Shown here one piece after another: positions 62,254-64,000 of a DNA stretch of 64,000 bases (position 1 is its first letter; every line of letters starts with the position of its first letter). A model generated the notes under the pieces. That model was not told where the DNA came from and did not search any database. It saw only the letters and a program-made list of their open reading frames with translations. Position numbers and translations under genes: made by a program. The DNA is from Balamuthia mandrillaris (taxonomy: Eukaryota), in NCBI GenBank assembly GCA_031835245.2, contig JAVKOQ020000094.1:1-64000 (forward strand). The letters are read 5' to 3'.

Positions 62254-63300
62254 TTAAGAAAAGTAGATTTTGGAAACCCGCTCGATGGGGGCAGAGCACA
62301 TGGGGCATAGCTGTAGGTATTGGGAGCAAAAGAGACAAACTGCCACATGACCACAGTTGAGAAGGACGCTATCCATCGGCCGTTCAAAGCATATCTTGCA
62401 ACACTTCTCGTCGTCCAGGTCGTCTTCCCGCAGGGGCTTGGTCGGTTTGCCTTGGTGCTTTCGTGCCCTTTTATCTTTGCTCTTTTCTTTCCGCTTGTTA
62501 TTCTTAGCGTTCTGGCCAACTTCCTCCGCTTCCTCTTCATCGTCATCATCAGGCTCAGGGCCAGGATCGGTCGAGGTAGGGCTGCTCTCGCTGTGAAGGA
62601 TATCATCCATGGAATCGGTATAAGCGGTGCCCTCCACCTTGTACTGATCACAAAAGAAACGCTCCATGAGCTTAACGATGGTGTCGTGTTTCTCTGCCTT
62701 AGCTCTGAGAAGAGGGGTGGTGCCATTGCGGTCGCGGGCGGTGAGGTCACCCTTGTGCTCCAACAGGTATTGGGTAAGAGTCTCGTTGCCTTTGGCAGCT
62801 GCCCAGTGGAGAGGGCTCCATCCATCCCCATCCTGCCGCAGCACGTCTGCCCCATTGCTCAGCAACAACTCGGCCAGCTTGTCGTGGCCACATTGGATGG
62901 CCTCCGTCAGCACCGTCCGCTTGCTGTTTGGGTTGAGATAGTCAGCGTCGGCTCCATACTGCAGCAACAGTTCCGCTAGCGCCTCCTGGTTGTAGAGTAC
63001 GGCTTTGTAGAGAGGAGTTTGTCCCTTGTTGTCTGGTTGGCAGTTGGGGCTCAGCTGGTGATTCAGCAGCATGCGGCACATACTTCGGTTGCACATGCTG
63101 ACCGCCAAGTTTAGAAGTGTGTTGCCCTCCGCGTCCTGCATGCTGTCCAGGTTCACCCTTTTTGCGCTAGCCTGGCCACTGGCAGTGCGCCGCTGTTGGA
63201 CCAACAACTTGCTCAGTTTCTTCTCATCGCCATGCAGTATCGCCCGGAATGCTTTCTTTGAAAACTTGGAAGTGCTGCTGCTGCTGCTCCCGTTCCCCAT
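62254..63300 (-). CDS. Ankyrin-repeat plus C-terminal C3HC4 (IAP/Mib-type) RING E3 ligase, predicted N-myristoylated, intronless
   Basis: MGNGSSS N-terminus; ankyrin repeats (GNTLL, GQTPLY, GWSPLHWAA, GTTPL); RING CKICFERPMDSVLLNCGHVAVCLFCSQYLQLCPMC. Confidence 0.92.
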   Translation of the reverse strand: MGNGSSSSSTSKFSKKAFRAILHGDEKKLSKLLVQQRRTASGQASAKRVNLDSMQDAEGNTLLNLAVSMCNRSMCRMLLNHQLSPNCQPDNKGQTPLYKAVLYNQEALAELLLQYGADADYLNPNSKRTVLTEAIQCGHDKLAELLLSNGADVLRQDGDGWSPLHWAAAKGNETLTQYLLEHKGDLTARDRNGTTPLLRAKAEKHDTIVKLMERFFCDQYKVEGTAYTDSMDDILHSESSPTSTDPGPEPDDDDEEEAEEVGQNAKNNKRKEKSKDKRARKHQGKPTKPLREDDLDDEKCCKICFERPMDSVLLNCGHVAVCLFCSQYLQLCPMCSAPIERVSKIYFS

Positions 63301-63482
63301 CTTCTCCTTCTGCTACTCTTTTATGCGTCCTGCTTCCTGCCACCTATATTACCACCGCTATGTAGCAGAGGCAGCGGTCGTGTGACACAACCTTCCTCCT
63401 CTTCTAGCTGTTGGGCGATACTACCAATAGCAGGCGATAAGCAGATCTGGAGGGGGCACGTGGCTGGCTCTTGTGCAAAGCA

Positions 63483-63513
<31 letters not shown>

Positions 63514-64000
63514 TCCACAGTAGTACAACTTGACTGGCCCAGCTGCTGCTGCTGCTGCTGCTGCTGCTTGCTGCTTGTGGTGGTTGTCCGGCCTCAAGCA
63601 GGTGGTTTGCAGTTGTACTTGTAGAGGAAGAGGTGTACTACCACCACACCACCCGGTTTGTCTTGACCGTCACTGCCGCCGCAGCTGGCTCAATATAACA
63701 CGCGGAGTTGGGGAGAAGGTTGTGTGCAAATAAACGTCTGTTGGGAGACCTTGCACTGCTTGCCACGCCGAATATGCTGTATGCGCTGCTCACGTAAATA
63801 GATCTTCCTGGTCAAGGAGGGGGAGTCTGATGAGCTGAGCCACCACAAGCAACGATGGTTCAGTTCTTCTTCTTCCGCCAGAAAAACCAAAAATACATTT
63901 AATGTCGACATGTTATTTTTGGTGTCTGGGCTGCCCTCCTCTCTCTGCCGTGCAGCTTCTTTTCTTGTTTGTTTGTTTTTTTTTCATTTTAAATAGATAT

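Noticed and set aside
63690..63911. 73-aa ORF near window end
   Set aside because: No recognisable motif; cannot be distinguished from non-coding sequence without downstream context.

Overview
Gene-dense, intron-rich eukaryotic nuclear DNA with about 21 protein-coding genes, mostly short GT-AG introns, abundant (CT)n/(TTC)n microsatellites and very short intergenic spacers. The gene set and the V-ATPase A sequence suggest a free-living amoebozoan (Balamuthia/Acanthamoeba-like); this assignment is inference only. In order: PP2A B56 (5' part), COX6B, histone H1, PP2C, an AlkB dioxygenase, V-ATPase subunit A lacking its N-terminal exons, a small three-exon complexin-like gene, a USP37-like deubiquitinase, a cytochrome P450, RAD51D-like, a very large PH-ARM-SPRY protein, a WD40 protein, a Ras/Rap pseudogene relic, SPX-EXS (XPR1/PHO1), a RING-CH ligase with a frameshift, a secreted beta-barrel-like protein, a single-C2 protein, a bacterial-type PMI-like cupin, FAM204A, RPL8, a DMTF1/Reb1-like Myb factor, a divergent TOR kinase, a 2-TM protein and an ankyrin-RING protein. 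The top leads are the complexin-like protein (visible only after manual splicing), a TOR with rapamycin-resistance-type FRB changes and an LST8-binding-element insertion, and an apparent breakpoint that truncates V-ATPase A. Gene models were built by hand from splice signals, and family calls come from remembered motifs; no database searches were run.
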